From contig NC_087447.1 in the NCBI RefSeq assembly GCF_036321535.1, forward strand, positions 35,652,001 to 35,716,000: a DNA stretch of 64,000 nt, read 5' to 3'. How positions within the stretch are numbered: the stretch's first letter is position 1; each line of letters starts with the position of its first letter. The notes beneath the pieces are model-generated. The model had not been told where the DNA came from. It saw only the letters and a list, made by a program, of their open reading frames with translations, and made no database searches. A program made the translations under genes and the position numbers. Shown piece after piece: positions 1 through 12,725 of the stretch. This stretch comes from Camelus dromedarius. Its lineage: Eukaryota.

Positions 1-1189
1 ATCTGCTTCAAAGCCCTGCATGACAGGCCCCTCAGGCAGCCAGGCAAGATGTCCTGTGCAAGGGGGCCTGGCTGTGCCCCATGAAATGGACATGGCTGCT
101 CCAGCTTCATTTCAACCTTACCCAGCCCCAGGGAGGTACAGCAAGCCCAGGTGCCGTAGGGGAGTGGGGCTGTGCTGTCCCAGAGCGTCCCCTATGGTCC
201 CACAGGCCAGGAAGGCTGGGTGTCAGGACTTCAGAAGGTCGCAGCAGGAGCCAACTCCTCACCCACTCCTGTGACCTGAGAGTCCCTCTTGGAAAACAGA
301 CATTAAACACTCTCTCCCATTAGCATCTTAAACTCGGAGAAATACCGGTCCTCCACTCGGGAAATTTCCCTTCTAGTTCATTCAAGACTTAGAACTGGGT
401 CTATCTGTCTCCTGGTATGCTTATCTACTTTTCTGTCAGTAAATGATGACTTATGGAAACCTTCACATTTCCTCTTTTGCTCTGACTGCCCGGGAGTGCA
501 GCTAAATTTGGTGCTCAATTCTGGACTCATCTTTTACCTGGGTTTAGGGTATCGCTATTTCTTCCCTTCATTATACGATGCTTACTTTTTCTTTTCTTTT
601 CTTCTTTATTTCTAAGGATTCTGTTGTACGTATGTCTCAAGGGCCTCCAACCTTTTTGCCATAGGTTGGAATGAGAAACACATGACTGAGACTCCCAGAT
701 CAAGAAGCGAGTAGGAAGGCACTCCATGTGAGGGTAGTTCAGTCATCCCCTCTGCAGTCACCCTGAGCAGATGTCTCGCGGGTGACCACCAATGATGGGG
801 AGCTCCTGAGACCACGTTCTGTCTTTGGACAGCTCTTGAGACATGCATTTATTTCTTATGTAAGTCAACCTCCCCACCTCTTTCTCCTGGTGATCCCAGT
901 TCCTCCCCCTGGGGCCACCAGAATATACCTGCTCCTCTTCCTCCTTGTGACGACCCTGCCCACACCTGCAGATGGGCCTCAGGACCCACCCTGAGTCGTC
1001 CCTCCTGTGGGCCAAGCGTCCTCCGGCTTCCGTCCACACTCCCTTTCTTGTCAGCTCCCCCACCCGTGTCAGAGCCAAGTTTTGTTCAGCACTCACTGGG
1101 TGCAGCTACACCGATTGTGCACTTTGCCCTTTTCAAACCTCACGAGGCGGAAGTAATTTGCTTTTTTGAGCCTCGACGACCTCTGTTAT

Positions 1190-1400
1190 AAATAACAATT
1201 ACCACTGCAAACACGTTCTCATTTATCTTTAAAAATCTCTGCAAGGTTTTTGTAGATACGTCCATTTTACAGATAAGAAAATTGATGTTCAGAGTGGTTA
1301 AGACATGTGCAAAAATACCAAAACCCACATAGCTCGGAGGTGACAGAATTTGAAACCGGATCTCTCTGACTCGAAAACCACCATGCTATAGGGCTTCTGT
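1190..1400 (-). mobile_element. MIR SINE
   Basis: ccattttacagataagaaaattgatgttcagagtggttaag... matches the antisense MIR core. Confidence 0.65.
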
Positions 1401-1537
1401 TTATAAATTTCTTTTACATCCATCTGCGTAACCTTGGGAGGAGGACATTCATCTTCCCATTATGATGACATGGGCACAGCTGCCTACAGTTGACAACACA
1501 TCTTCACATTTTGAATCCCATATGAGCACCACCCACT

Positions 1538-1540
<3 letters not shown>

Positions 1541-1578
<38 letters not shown>
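1541..1578. repeat. (AC)19 microsatellite
   Basis: Direct read. Confidence 0.97.
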
Positions 1579-1581
<3 letters not shown>

Positions 1582-1753
1582 CATGCATGCACAACAGCTG
1601 GGCCATCAGCAGGACAGTCTTGATTGTCCCCATTTGGCAGATGCTGAGGCTCCAAGCTCAATGAAGTGTTCACTAGGAAGCCACTGAGACATTTTCCCCC
1701 AGTTCCCACTTGTGCTTTTGCATGGAGTCAAGGGTCCTGACTTCCAGTGGGTA

Positions 1754-1756
<3 letters not shown>

Positions 1757-1798
<42 letters not shown>
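1757..1798. repeat. (GT)21 microsatellite
   Basis: Direct read. Confidence 0.97.
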
Positions 1799-1803
<5 letters not shown>

Positions 1804-2239
1804 CTTGGGGAGAGGAATAAAAAGATGGCCCCAAGAGGGACAGCTCAGGGAGGGCAGTGGACACAGCCCAGGTGGGACCATGGTTGACTGCCCACCTGCG
1901 CTCCTTCCAACAAATCTTTATGTCTTATTCCAGGCCTGTGAAAGGCACTGAGTACAGCATGAGCAAAAACAGTCAGAGCTGCTGGCAGGAGAGACTGACA
2001 TTTATCAAATAGCCAGACAAGCAAATATGTACCTATACGAGGGAATGAGGGCTTCGGGGACGATGCACATGGCATTCAATGGGCCTTTAAGAACACATCT
2101 TGGGGTTGGAGTGGCTCCCAGTAGGAAATGACAAATATGCAGAAGTTGGAAAGATGGGTAAAAATCACTAGGGAAATACAGGGTGCAAGACAGAGCATTC
2201 TAGGCAGAAAGAGCAGGAACAATTCCCAGTCTTCATGAT

Positions 2240-3290
2240 CCTTGACCATCAGCAGCATCTGAGACAACTAACTCCCTCCTTTTTGTCATACTTTCTAGGG
2301 CCCTACGGTCTCTTGATTTTTCCTCCCACCTCACTGGCTTCTCCTTCTTGACGTCCCTTGCCACCTTGTCCCCAGCCTCTAACTCTTGGGGTGCCCCGCA
2401 GTGCGGTGCTTGGTCCTCTTCTCCATCTACACTCATTCTCTCAGTGATTCATCTGGTTTGAAGGCTTAAACACCATCACCTATTCAAATACCATTGACAG
2501 CATGCTCCCAAATGTTTACTTGGAGCACAGTCCTTCTGAACTCAGGACTCCAGTATGCAACTCCTTAGAGTTTCCATGGTGGAGGTCTACCAGCTGTCTC
2601 TCCAACTCAGCACATCAGTTGAGCTCTTGTACCACCTCCACTGCAGGAGATGTACCAACTCCATCACAGGAGATGGCAACTCTATCCTTCTAGGACATTC
2701 TTGCCAAAAACCTTGGCGTCATCCTTAACACCTCTCTTTCTGTCACATCTCACATTTAATTGGAGGGAAATCCTTTTTGCTCCACTTGAAATAAATCCAG
2801 AAACTGACCACTTTCCACCACCATCATTACCAACCAGTCCCAGCCATCATCAGCTCCCCCTGGATTACAGGAAGAGCGTCTTAACTGGTCTCTTGGCTTC
2901 TGATATTCCTGGTGCTCTAGGACTATTTTCAACACAGCAGCCAGATGATCCTTTTAAAATGTAAATCTGATTGTGTCATTTCTCTGCTAAAAACCCTGCC
3001 CTGGCCCCACATTTCTCTCAGAGGAAAATCCAGGGTCCTCCATCACCCTCCAGTCTCTTCTCCACCACTGTCCCCCTTCGCTTGTTTCAGCCACACCGCC
3101 TCCTCAAACATGCTCCTTACATATGCCAGACACAAGCCTGCCCTTTCCTCTGCCTGAAGTGCCCCTCCCAGTATCCCCACAGCTCATTCCCTCACCTTCT
3201 CCGAGGCCTGGTCTCCGCCAGCACCCCACACTCATCTGATTTGCTTTTACTCTACTTTCGCCAAATAGCACGTGTCATCTTCAAACACTA
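2240..3290 (+). mobile_element. L2 LINE fragment
   Basis: C/T-rich L2 3' region motifs (tcctcttctccatctacactc; aacacagcagccagatgatccttttaaaatgtaaatctga). Confidence 0.7.
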
Positions 3291-5084
3291 ACTTTTCCCC
3301 AGCTTTACTGAGACAAAATGTACAAACAATAACACTCACCTATTCTAAGTATCCAGTTGGACGACTGTTGGCCCTTCACACCATCCAGTTTGCTTAGTAT
3401 CATGTCTAATGCTTGTCTCTCTTCCCCCTGAGCATGTAAGGCCCATGAAGTGGTTGGATCTGAGGAGCAGGGCTGGCCCTTCACTCAGCTCAGCCACACC
3501 TCACACTAGTGGGGAAAGAGGCACCCCTTCCTTGGGAACCAGAGGCACAGCTAAGCAAGACACAGCTACACACCCTGTGTCTGCATCTCTCAACCAGTCT
3601 ATCTATACAATGGGCACAACAAAGTTTACTCCTTAGGAAGTGACCCCTTCCCCTGGTGCCCACTTTCTCTCATCTGCACGGGCAGTGCACACAACCACTG
3701 GTTCACGATATAGCATATAGCATCGTCCTCTACCCTGCACTGGACACAATCGTTGGTTTCAGTCTTGTGTTTACACCGGCACTGGCCATACTGACTGAAG
3801 ATGGACATTCACGCTGATGAAAAGATAATCTCTAATGAATCTCTGACTAACGTGGCCAAGGATGCAGTCCCTCATCATCCAGCTGTGTTCTCATCAGCTC
3901 CTCATCCACAGAGCTTGTGTGTTACCCTGGAAATGGGCACAGAGACCTACATCTCCACTGGCCATAAATGTGAATGACTGAGGAGAGTGAGCACAAGGGC
4001 ACCAAAGTTCCTTTTCAAAGAGACCAGGCACAGCCTCCCCTCCCAGCTGGCTGGCCAGCTGAAGGCTCTCCTCGTAGAACTCAACAGCCCTGTTGAGTCC
4101 TGCCCCGGCGGGGAGAACTAGACCGGGAATGTGGAATTCGAAACCTGCATGAGGGCACTGGAGTGTAGAATTTGGAATCTGGGCATCCGAACCGGAATCT
4201 GGGACACATGACGAGGAGATGAGACCACGTCTATTCCCAGAGCCTTGAGATTACTCAAGGTGAGGAGAGACTTGGGCTGTGTGGCTCCCAGCGCCGCCCG
4301 CCCCCTCCCTGCCCCACACCCAGGCCGGGCCAGCCAGCCTGGGCTTAAAAAAGCACCAGGAAATGTCACTTTCTTTTTGAGGAGGTGCGATGGGAGGAGA
4401 GAGCCCAGGAACTTTAGCTGCCGGCCTATTCAAAGGTGAGGAATGGTGACAGCACTTTCAAATCCTGAAGATTGTTTCCTACTCAGACTGAACAGAATTC
4501 CAGCCCCTTCTCCAGCAGATGGAGCCCTGTCTAGTGCCAGCCAGAGGCCCCAGCCTGCCCTACAGCCCAGCCAGGGTTCTGACTGGGGATGCATGACTTC
4601 TGTGCCTGTCCAAGCCCGGACTGGGCCTGTGGCCTGAACAGGCTCAGGGGCTCAGGGGCTCAGGGGTCAGGGCTGGACAAGGTACCATCCACTGTGCTAG
4701 GCCGCTGTGCTAGGCTGGCTGAGGGTGGTAACTCTGGTCCCTGGCCACCACTGCCAGCCGTCTGGCCTAACGATGCCTGCTGCCCGCTCCCACAGTGCTG
4801 TCGTTTCCCCATTTGCAAAATGAGAGGTGGCTCACACACCCTCCAGCTCCCCTTCTAGGATCCCCGTGTTACCCACGAGAACATCTAGATCCCACCAGAG
4901 ACACAGCCTGGACCAGAGACAAGTGGGGGTGGGTTCCTGCTGAGGAAAGAAAGCCCCAAAGCCATAGACCATCCATGGATGCAGCTTTCATTCATTTGTT
5001 CATTCATCGATCATCAAACACTTCATTCACTGAATGTTATACATCAGGCACCACTTTTCACAACCACTTCCAGAAATTATAGCT

Positions 5085-5325
5085 TTTAATAAAGCTCCCA
5101 GCACAGAGCTAGGCACATAGTAATAATTCAATGGTGAGGGTGAGGATACCTATGGTGAGGTCCACAATGTGGTTACCATTCTCAATTTTACAAAGAAAGA
5201 AACAGAGGCTCGCAGAGGTGAAGTAAGTTGTCTGTGATCATATATCTGGGAGGTGATCGAGTAAGAATTCGAAACCCAGCTTTGTCTGACTCCAGAACAC
5301 ATGCTCTTAACCACTCTCCTAGCCC
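5085..5325 (-). mobile_element. MIR SINE
   Basis: gaaacagaggctcgcagaggtgaagtaagttg...tctgactccagaacacatgctcttaaccact. Confidence 0.7.
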
Positions 5326-6439
5326 CTCAACAAACATTGATTGAATGAATGCCCGAGTGAATGAATGAAAGTTTGTTATGGTGGGAGTATGGGTCCAGGA
5401 GTGTCTGAGTCCATCGGCGTGCATGAGTGTGGGGAGCATGCATGTGCAGATGTCTGTGTGTTTGCATGTGGAGCTATTTTGTGGAAAGACTCTCCCTTGC
5501 TGTCTTGGTCTTGAGTGTACTGGAGCTATACTTAGCTGCAGCCGTGACTGTAATGAGCAGTTAGCGGCACACCAGACACTCTCATTGGGACTTGGTTTCC
5601 CAGGGAGATCGCCAAGGCCAGTGGGGGGTGCAGCCTGGTGCTGGGGAACGCTAGAGCAGGGCTTGGAGAGCTCAGCGCTGTGACTTGTGCAAATGGAGAG
5701 CCTTAGCTCCAGCTAAGGAATCTGCTCCAGGCTAGCTGCATCTAAGTCTTCAGGCCCTGCCAAGTTCAACTCTTGGCCACCCATGTCCGTGGTCCCTTTA
5801 CTGGTCCTTGCTAGGCAATTAGAACAAAAGCCTAGTAGCTCATGTCTAAAGACTGGAGATGGATGGGAAAAAGCAGTTGGGTGATGATGGATCTCAATAT
5901 ACCTGAGCTGGGATCATCCGGGACCTCAGGAGGGCCCCCTCCTCAGCCAGCAGAGCTGCACTGCCCCCTTGAGCACATCTTGCCAGAGCAATCAGAAAGG
6001 CTTGCTCGCCAAGGCTGGGGACATGAGGAAGGGTGGCCTCCCCAACAACACTGAAAGCACAGGTATGCTCAGCATGGCCTTAGGTTCAGAGGCCAATCCC
6101 CTACTCACTGTCTGCCCTCCAGTGGCCGCAGGGAGTCCGGGAAAACCCCAGGCCCTGAGGTTCTCCCAGTCACATGGATCTGCCTGCAACTTCTTTCCAG
6201 CCTGACCTGGGTCTGCTCCATCAAAGCCTCTCACCTGTCCCCCAGGCCAGTCCCTGCCCCCAGTTCCCAGCTCCCTCACTCCACAAACCAATCACCCTTC
6301 ATATCTGGCAAACCCCGACATGGGCTGGGTGCTCCTTTCACCCTGAAGTCCTCAACTTCCAAGTCCTGTCTCTAGGATGTTTCCATTTCATGAAAGGTAG
6401 GACTTCCTCTTCTGCCTTGAAGCCAAGAGACTAGAAATT

Positions 6440-6615
6440 TATCCATCTTCCTTCACATCCATCCATTTGTTCACCCATCCACCGAGCTACCCACCCAGCT
6501 GAGTATCCCTCCATACACCCTTCCTCCCATCCATTCATCCATATCCATCCATGTATCTACCTTTTTATCCATTCTTTCATCCACTTGTCCATCACCCATC
6601 TGCCCATCCAACCAC
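6440..6615. repeat. Degenerate (CCAT)n repeat
   Basis: Repeated atcc/ccat units. Confidence 0.8.
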
Positions 6616-9199
6616 CTCATTCTTGACCAAAACATAATAGCACAGGAAGGAACACTGGCACTGCTCTAGTGTACTTCCTCAGTTTCCCCAAGAAGACTCG
6701 GCCATTTTTTCCTTCATCAGTAAAATGGGGATAATATCTAATCCTTCTATCTCATAGGGTTGTTGTGAGGTACATTGCTTTAGCAAAGATTTATTGATTC
6801 CACATTATGTAACAGGTGCTATTATTTATTAAGCTGGCCCTTGTCCTCTAAGAGGCAGCTGAGTTGGGGAGACGTGTTATCCCAACAGGGCAGCTGGATC
6901 AAGGGAAAGAAAAGTTTCCTGGGAGAGCAGGCTCTTCAGGAGAGGGATCAGGAAAGGCTCCAGTCAGCTCAAAGTTGGTCTTGAAGGATGGATCTGTTTC
7001 AGATATACAGAGATGGAAGAAAGGCATTCTTGGTGGAGGGAACAGAATTGGCAAAGGCAGGAGGCAGGGGAACTAGGGCATGCTGGGGGAATGGATGGTG
7101 TGCCTGGAGGCCAAGGGTGGGCATTCTGGAAGACAGGATGGACGGGATTTCCATGGATATCACAGGAGGGTCTGGAAAGAGACATGGACATGGAAAGACT
7201 CGACAAGTCAGTACAAACCACAGTGATTTCTTACTCCGAGGCTTTTACTCAGATCCCTGGGCTGCCAGTCAGGAAAAAAATCTTGGTGACAGCCAGGCCT
7301 CGGGAGACATGATTCCTGCTGCCTGGAAGGGAAGCCAGTGCCTGGCATTTCTGATCTTTGTGCCACTAAATACATCACTGGTGACAGTGGTTTGTGCCCT
7401 CAGGGCTGTGATGTCACCACACGAGGCTTCTATGGCCTGTCTCTCTGTCTCTATGGCTCAGCCAGGGCCTCCTTATACCAGCTCCCCTGAGGAATCTGAA
7501 CCCAGGACCAGGTTCAATGTGCCCCAGGCAGCCAGCTCCAATCCCTCGTAAGCACCTCCCGTGTTCCAGGCTCTGTGCTGGGGCTCTGCCCCTCTGAGAC
7601 TCCTCCCCATTTCACCCCAGAGGAAACAGCTCAGCCAGGTGCCTGCCTGAGCCTACACCAACACAGGGACCACCAAAACCCAAGCCCGACCAGGTCCAAG
7701 GCCTGTGCTCTTGCCTCTACCCTGTCCCCCCTGTCACACGCCCCCTGCCCTTAGGATCTGGTCTCCTCCCACACACAGCCTTGCTCTGAACCGTATGTTC
7801 TCCCTCTCCCTCCCTTTCTGCCTCTGGTCTGAGTGGATTCTCCCAGTATCCTTGAGAAACAGGTGATGCCATTACGCACACTCGATTGAAGAGGAGACTG
7901 AGGGCCAGAGAGACAAGGACTATGCTCCAGGGGTGTGGGCTGGTCAGGGGCCAAGTTAAGAAACATGAGCAGAAGCACACTGCCCAGGGCTGGCCCTCTG
8001 CAGATGACAGCCACGTGGGCTTCTGAGAGCCAAGCCCTCAGCCCGGGGCTCTGGTTTACCTCCAGGTAACCCAGCAGGTGACCATGTTCCTTGCAGCTGC
8101 TCAGAGATCCCCTGAGGTTGAGCATAAAGCATTCATCTCTCAGTGGTAAGATGGTGGCCCTGGCAGGAGGCTGTGGTCTTGAAGTATATTCAGTCTTGTC
8201 CTGGTGACAAGGCCCAGGGGAGTCACACTTCCCTGCTCTACCACCTGCAGGGGCAGAGAAGGTCCCCAGGGAATCACTGAAGCCTCCCTGGTTACAGCAA
8301 CCCCCTTGTAGACACCAGGTTCATGTTCTCTGAAGCCCCCAGGTGGGTGAGCCAGTGTCTGCAGAGCAGCCTAGGAAGACGTCCCTGGTGCCAAACACTG
8401 AGACTGATCCCAGTGCCTAACTTCGCACCTGTGCTGTGAGGGGTGCAGCGCCATGGGCCCGCTGGGGCACCTCTCACTGGGTTCTCATTGCCACCTCTTA
8501 AAGAGGGGATGCTTGTTATCCCCCCTTCCAGCTGAAGTGGCCGAGGCTTACAGGGGTCGCACAGCTCACAACCAGCAGAGCCAGGTTTGGACCCAGGCGG
8601 TCTGGCTCCAGCTGACTGTCACTACTACGCCAACCATCTCCTCTCAGCACACCTGGAGCCCGAGCCAGGTGAGCAACCCGCGAGGGCTCTGCCAAGGGGA
8701 ACTGCCTGGAAACAGGACCTTTGGTTGGAAGGGCCCCTCACCTCTGGCTCCCTCACCAACTTCCTTCCAGCCCCACAACCCCCTCAGAGAATAGCTCACC
8801 CCCACCCCAGCCTGGTGGCAGCCCTGAGTAGTCCAAGCATCTCCTCCTGGGTGCAGCTGGCCTTTAGGGAAAGAACAGAGGTCCCCCATTATGGTGAGGC
8901 AGGAGCCCCCGGCCTGAGGCCCAGCTTCCCGGAGGTGCAGACGGTGCAGCCCCTGTGGTCATGAGGGGGAAGGGACAGCAGCACAGACATGAGCATGGCC
9001 AAGTGCTGGGTGGGCACACCCAGGGAGCCCGGGGCAAGACCCCACTGTCAGGAGCCCAGGGGGGCGATGGGGAGAGGCTCTGCTCTGCTCTTTCTGACCT
9101 TCCGCTGTCCCCTGGCTCTCTGAGCCCAGTCCTGGACACTGGCCTCACTCTGGGCCTTGAACGTCAGATACACACCTGCTCAGGGCTCTTGCATGTCCC

Positions 9200-9560
9200 A
9201 TTTGCTCTGTTCCCCAGATGCCACGTCTCCCTCCCTCATCTCCTGCAAGTCTGCTGAAATATCACCTGCTCAGGGCGGCCTTCCCTGCCACGAGTTAAGC
9301 TGCCACCTCCAGCACCTCCTGGGCCTTCCCCACCACTGTGCATCTCCATAACACTTCTCATCATCCAACCACGATACAGTCCATGTGTCTGTACGGTTTT
9401 TTTTTTATTCTGCCTGCCCAAGAATGTAAGCATCTTGAGGACGGGGATCTTTGACTGTTTTGTTCTTTGCTCTACTCCTACCTTCTAGAGCAGTGCCTGC
9501 CACCTAGTATGTAGGTGCTCAATAAATATTTGTTGAATAAATGAATGAATGAATGAATGA
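9200..9560 (+). mobile_element. L2 3' end
   Basis: gtaggtgctcaataaatatttgttgaataaatgaatgaatgaatga terminal motif. Confidence 0.75.
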
Positions 9561-10634
9561 GTGCTAACAGCAGCCCCTGGCAGGGGAACTATGCAGACTG
9601 TCCTTATGTGTAAAGTCGGGGTGTAGGGAGAGAAGTCCCTTCCTGCGCTGTGGATGGGAAGGAAGGAGGTGAGGTGGGGCACATCACGGGCAGTGGGCCA
9701 GGGGCTCATGGGCAGGAGCCAGAGCCAAAGTAAAGCAAGAGCAGGGCTGCTGGGCTGGCAGGGGAGGATCTGTGTTGAGCCAGGGTGGGCAGGCCACCAG
9801 AGGCTCTGCACAGGCTTGAGGAAGCTTCCTCTGACTGCCGTAGCCCGGGCCGAAGCTGCATCAGATCCTGGGCACAGGGAGGCTGGCTCCTAAGGCCCCC
9901 TGCACTCAGCTGTCTGGGGCTGCCCTAGCTAATATTAGTTCGTCCCCACCCACCCTGGCGTCAGCCTGGCGGGGCAGCCCAGCCTCAGAATGGGTACTGC
10001 CCACTGGCCACAAACGGAGCCCCAGGTCTAAGCCCCCAGGCTCCAGCAGTTCTGGGGGTCTGCCTGGCCCCTGCTGCCACTGCTTCCTGGGCCTGGGCAT
10101 CCCCTGTACAGATGAGATGGTTCAATCCCCTGAGCTGTGATGTGTGACCCTTGCCCACCAGCCCCACCACACTGGCACACTTGTCAGCATCTCAGGTCCC
10201 CATGCTTGGCTCCCGACAAGAGCCTGATGTCGATGGCCCTCTCTTCCTCTCCACCTGCAGGTGCAACTTTCATCATCCATCTCTCTCATCCCCCACAACA
10301 CCTGGGGAGGGAGGCAGAGCAGAGGCGAGTGGCCCATTACAACAGATGGGAGGACTGAGGCTCAGAGAGGGCTATGACCTGCCGATGATACACAGCAGGT
10401 TCACAGCAGAACCAAGACAGAATCCAGGCTGATCTCCCAGGGTGACATCCCTGAAATCTGGTCCCTAGGAGACAGAATCTGGAAGGAGGGACCTCTAGGG
10501 CCAAGTAGGTGAGGTGACCCCTAGAGAGGTATTTGAAGGGAGAGTCAGTAGCTGAGAAAAGGAAGCGGGTGGTGAACAGGTGAGGGTGTGGCTCTTCTAG
10601 AGCCAAGTGCTGTTAAAAAGAAGTTAATGGAAGC

Positions 10635-10845
10635 CACGATAATTAAGCACTTATTATGTTTCAGGTTCTGGGCTGAGTGTGTAACACATTCAATCCTCCC
10701 GACTTCCCTAAGAGTCAGGTGCTATTAATATCCTTCTCTTGAGGCACAGACAGGTTAGGGAACTTGTCCAAGGTCACACAGCTAGGAAGTGGTGGGCCTG
10801 GGATTTGAATACAGGCCTTCTGGCTCAAGAGGCCTCACCCTTAGG
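10635..10845 (-). mobile_element. MIR SINE
   Basis: gaggcacagacaggttagggaacttgtccaaggtcacacagctaggaagtgg. Confidence 0.75.
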
Positions 10846-11609
10846 AGAGAATGGGGCTCCAGGGCATATTGCCTAGATGGTATAGCCAGGAAGTGGGGGC
10901 TGGCCCCAAGGCCCACGAGCTTTCTACCAAACACATGACTGAGGCTTTGACCAGGGGGATTTGGGACAAAATCACCCTAGGCTTTGAAGGGAAGAGTTCG
11001 TGTTGCAAGCCAGTAACTAACGCCTAGAACTTCCCACAAACACAGCTGACAGACGAAAGTGGACAATGGGAGGGGAAGGGAAGGGAAGGGAAAGAGACAG
11101 GGAGGGAGAGGGAAAAAAAGAATCTGGTTGGCCTTCGGGAGAAACAGAGTCTCAAGGGAAGTCAGACGTGGGCATCAGGCTGGACCCAGTGGGCCTGGGA
11201 ACTCAATGTCCCTGCAAAGTCACCATCCTAAAAGCTTGTGCATCCTGGCTTTCCAAAATTGTTTCTCAGTGTCTGAGCTCTGGTTGTGGGTGGTGGTTAG
11301 GCTGATGCAGAGTGAAGGGAGAGTCTGGAGGGATGGAAGGGCCAGGATGTGAAGTGCTTCATCTAGACCTGGGTGGTGATCACCACAGGTGAGACCCTGC
11401 CCTGACTAGGGTTTGCCCCCCACCTCCTGACTAGAGGACTCGGGGCCCTCCCAGCACTGCCTCTGCCTCCTTTCACTGCTCCAGGCGTGGAGGAGGGATG
11501 GTGTTCCCACGTGCGGCAAAGAGGATGGGGTCAGCCAGTCACAGGCTCAAAGGTGTGGTGCCAGCATCTGACCCAGGTCTTGAATTCTGGCCTCCTTTTC
11601 CATTCTCTA

Positions 11610-12405
11610 GATGATTATATATTTAGCACCTACTAAATACCAGGACTTGTTTGAGGTTCCAAGCACAGAACAATGGGTAAAAGAGACAAAAGCCCTGCCC
11701 TCCTGGAGTTTATATTCTATTGGGGAAGAGAGACAATCAACAAGAAATAAAATACAGTTCAATGGTGTTCAACACCAGGGAGAAAACAGGAAAGCCTGAA
11801 AGAGGGGAAGGGGACGTAAGGGTGCAACCTGAGATGATGCTGTCTGCATCCAGGCCTGAAGGAGGTGAGGGGGTGAGGATGCGAAGGGAAAGCGCTCCAG
11901 GTGGAAGGCAAGGCAAGAGGATAGGTCCCGAGGCAGAAGCACAAGCACTGGGCTGGCTGAAAACCAAGGAGGCCAGAATGAGCGAGCAGGAGGGAGGCAG
12001 GAGGGCAGGCAGGGAGGCGGGGTGCAGGGAGCTCAGGTGGAGCCTGATGACCCTCGCAGGGACCTGGGCTTTTCCCCAGGTGAGCCAGAAGCCAGAGCAA
12101 GGAGCGCAGGGTGGCTCAGTCTGCTGAGCGTTCTACCAGAAGGGCCCTGGCTGCCATGCGCAGAAGGTGCTGGCAAGGGCAGAAGCGGGAAGGACAGTTC
12201 ACAGTAACCCAGGGGAGAGAAGATGGTGGCTCCAGCCAGCGAGGTAGCAGTGGAGTTGATGTGACGAGGTTGGGTTCTCGGTGTGTTTTCAAAATGAGAC
12301 CATAGGATTTGCTGATGCGTGAGAGAAAGAGAGGAATCAAGGGTGGCGTCAAGGTTTTTGGTCTGAGCACCTGGATGGATACGGCTGACGTTTACTGAGC
12401 TGGGG
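11610..12405 (-). mobile_element. L2 fragment
   Basis: Antisense L2 3' region (agcacctactaaatacc...gaggaatcaagggtggcgtcaaggtttttggtctgagca). Confidence 0.7.
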
Positions 12406-12555
12406 CCTCCCCACCCAGGCCCATCACCCTGATGTCAACATCTTGGGCACAAGGAAAGATCAGAATCCCCTGTGAAGCTCTGCCAACCTGCACACACCCA
12501 TCTAGGCCTCTCTGTGTCCTGATACTTCCCCTTTACTGGGAACTGTTTCCTGCCT

Positions 12556-12725
12556 CAGCACTTCTCAGAATCTGATGTGCATATGATTCATCTGGGGATC
12601 TTGTTGAAGTACAGAGTCTGAATCAGTAGGTCTGGGGTGGGGGTGGGGCCTGAAACTCTTGTTTTTTAACAAATGTCCAGGTGATGTTGATGCCGTTGGT
12701 CAGAGGACCACACTGAGTAGCCAGA
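12556..12725. mobile_element. MER5-family hAT-Charlie MITE
   Basis: atctggggatcttgttgaagtacagagtctgaatcagtaggtctgggg...ccaggtgatgttgatgcc...ggaccacactgagtagc. Confidence 0.7.

Noticed and set aside
435..490. C box ATGATGA and D box CTGA with short flanking complementarity
   Set aside because: Only about 45-50 nt, too short for a C/D snoRNA, and antisense to the host intron.
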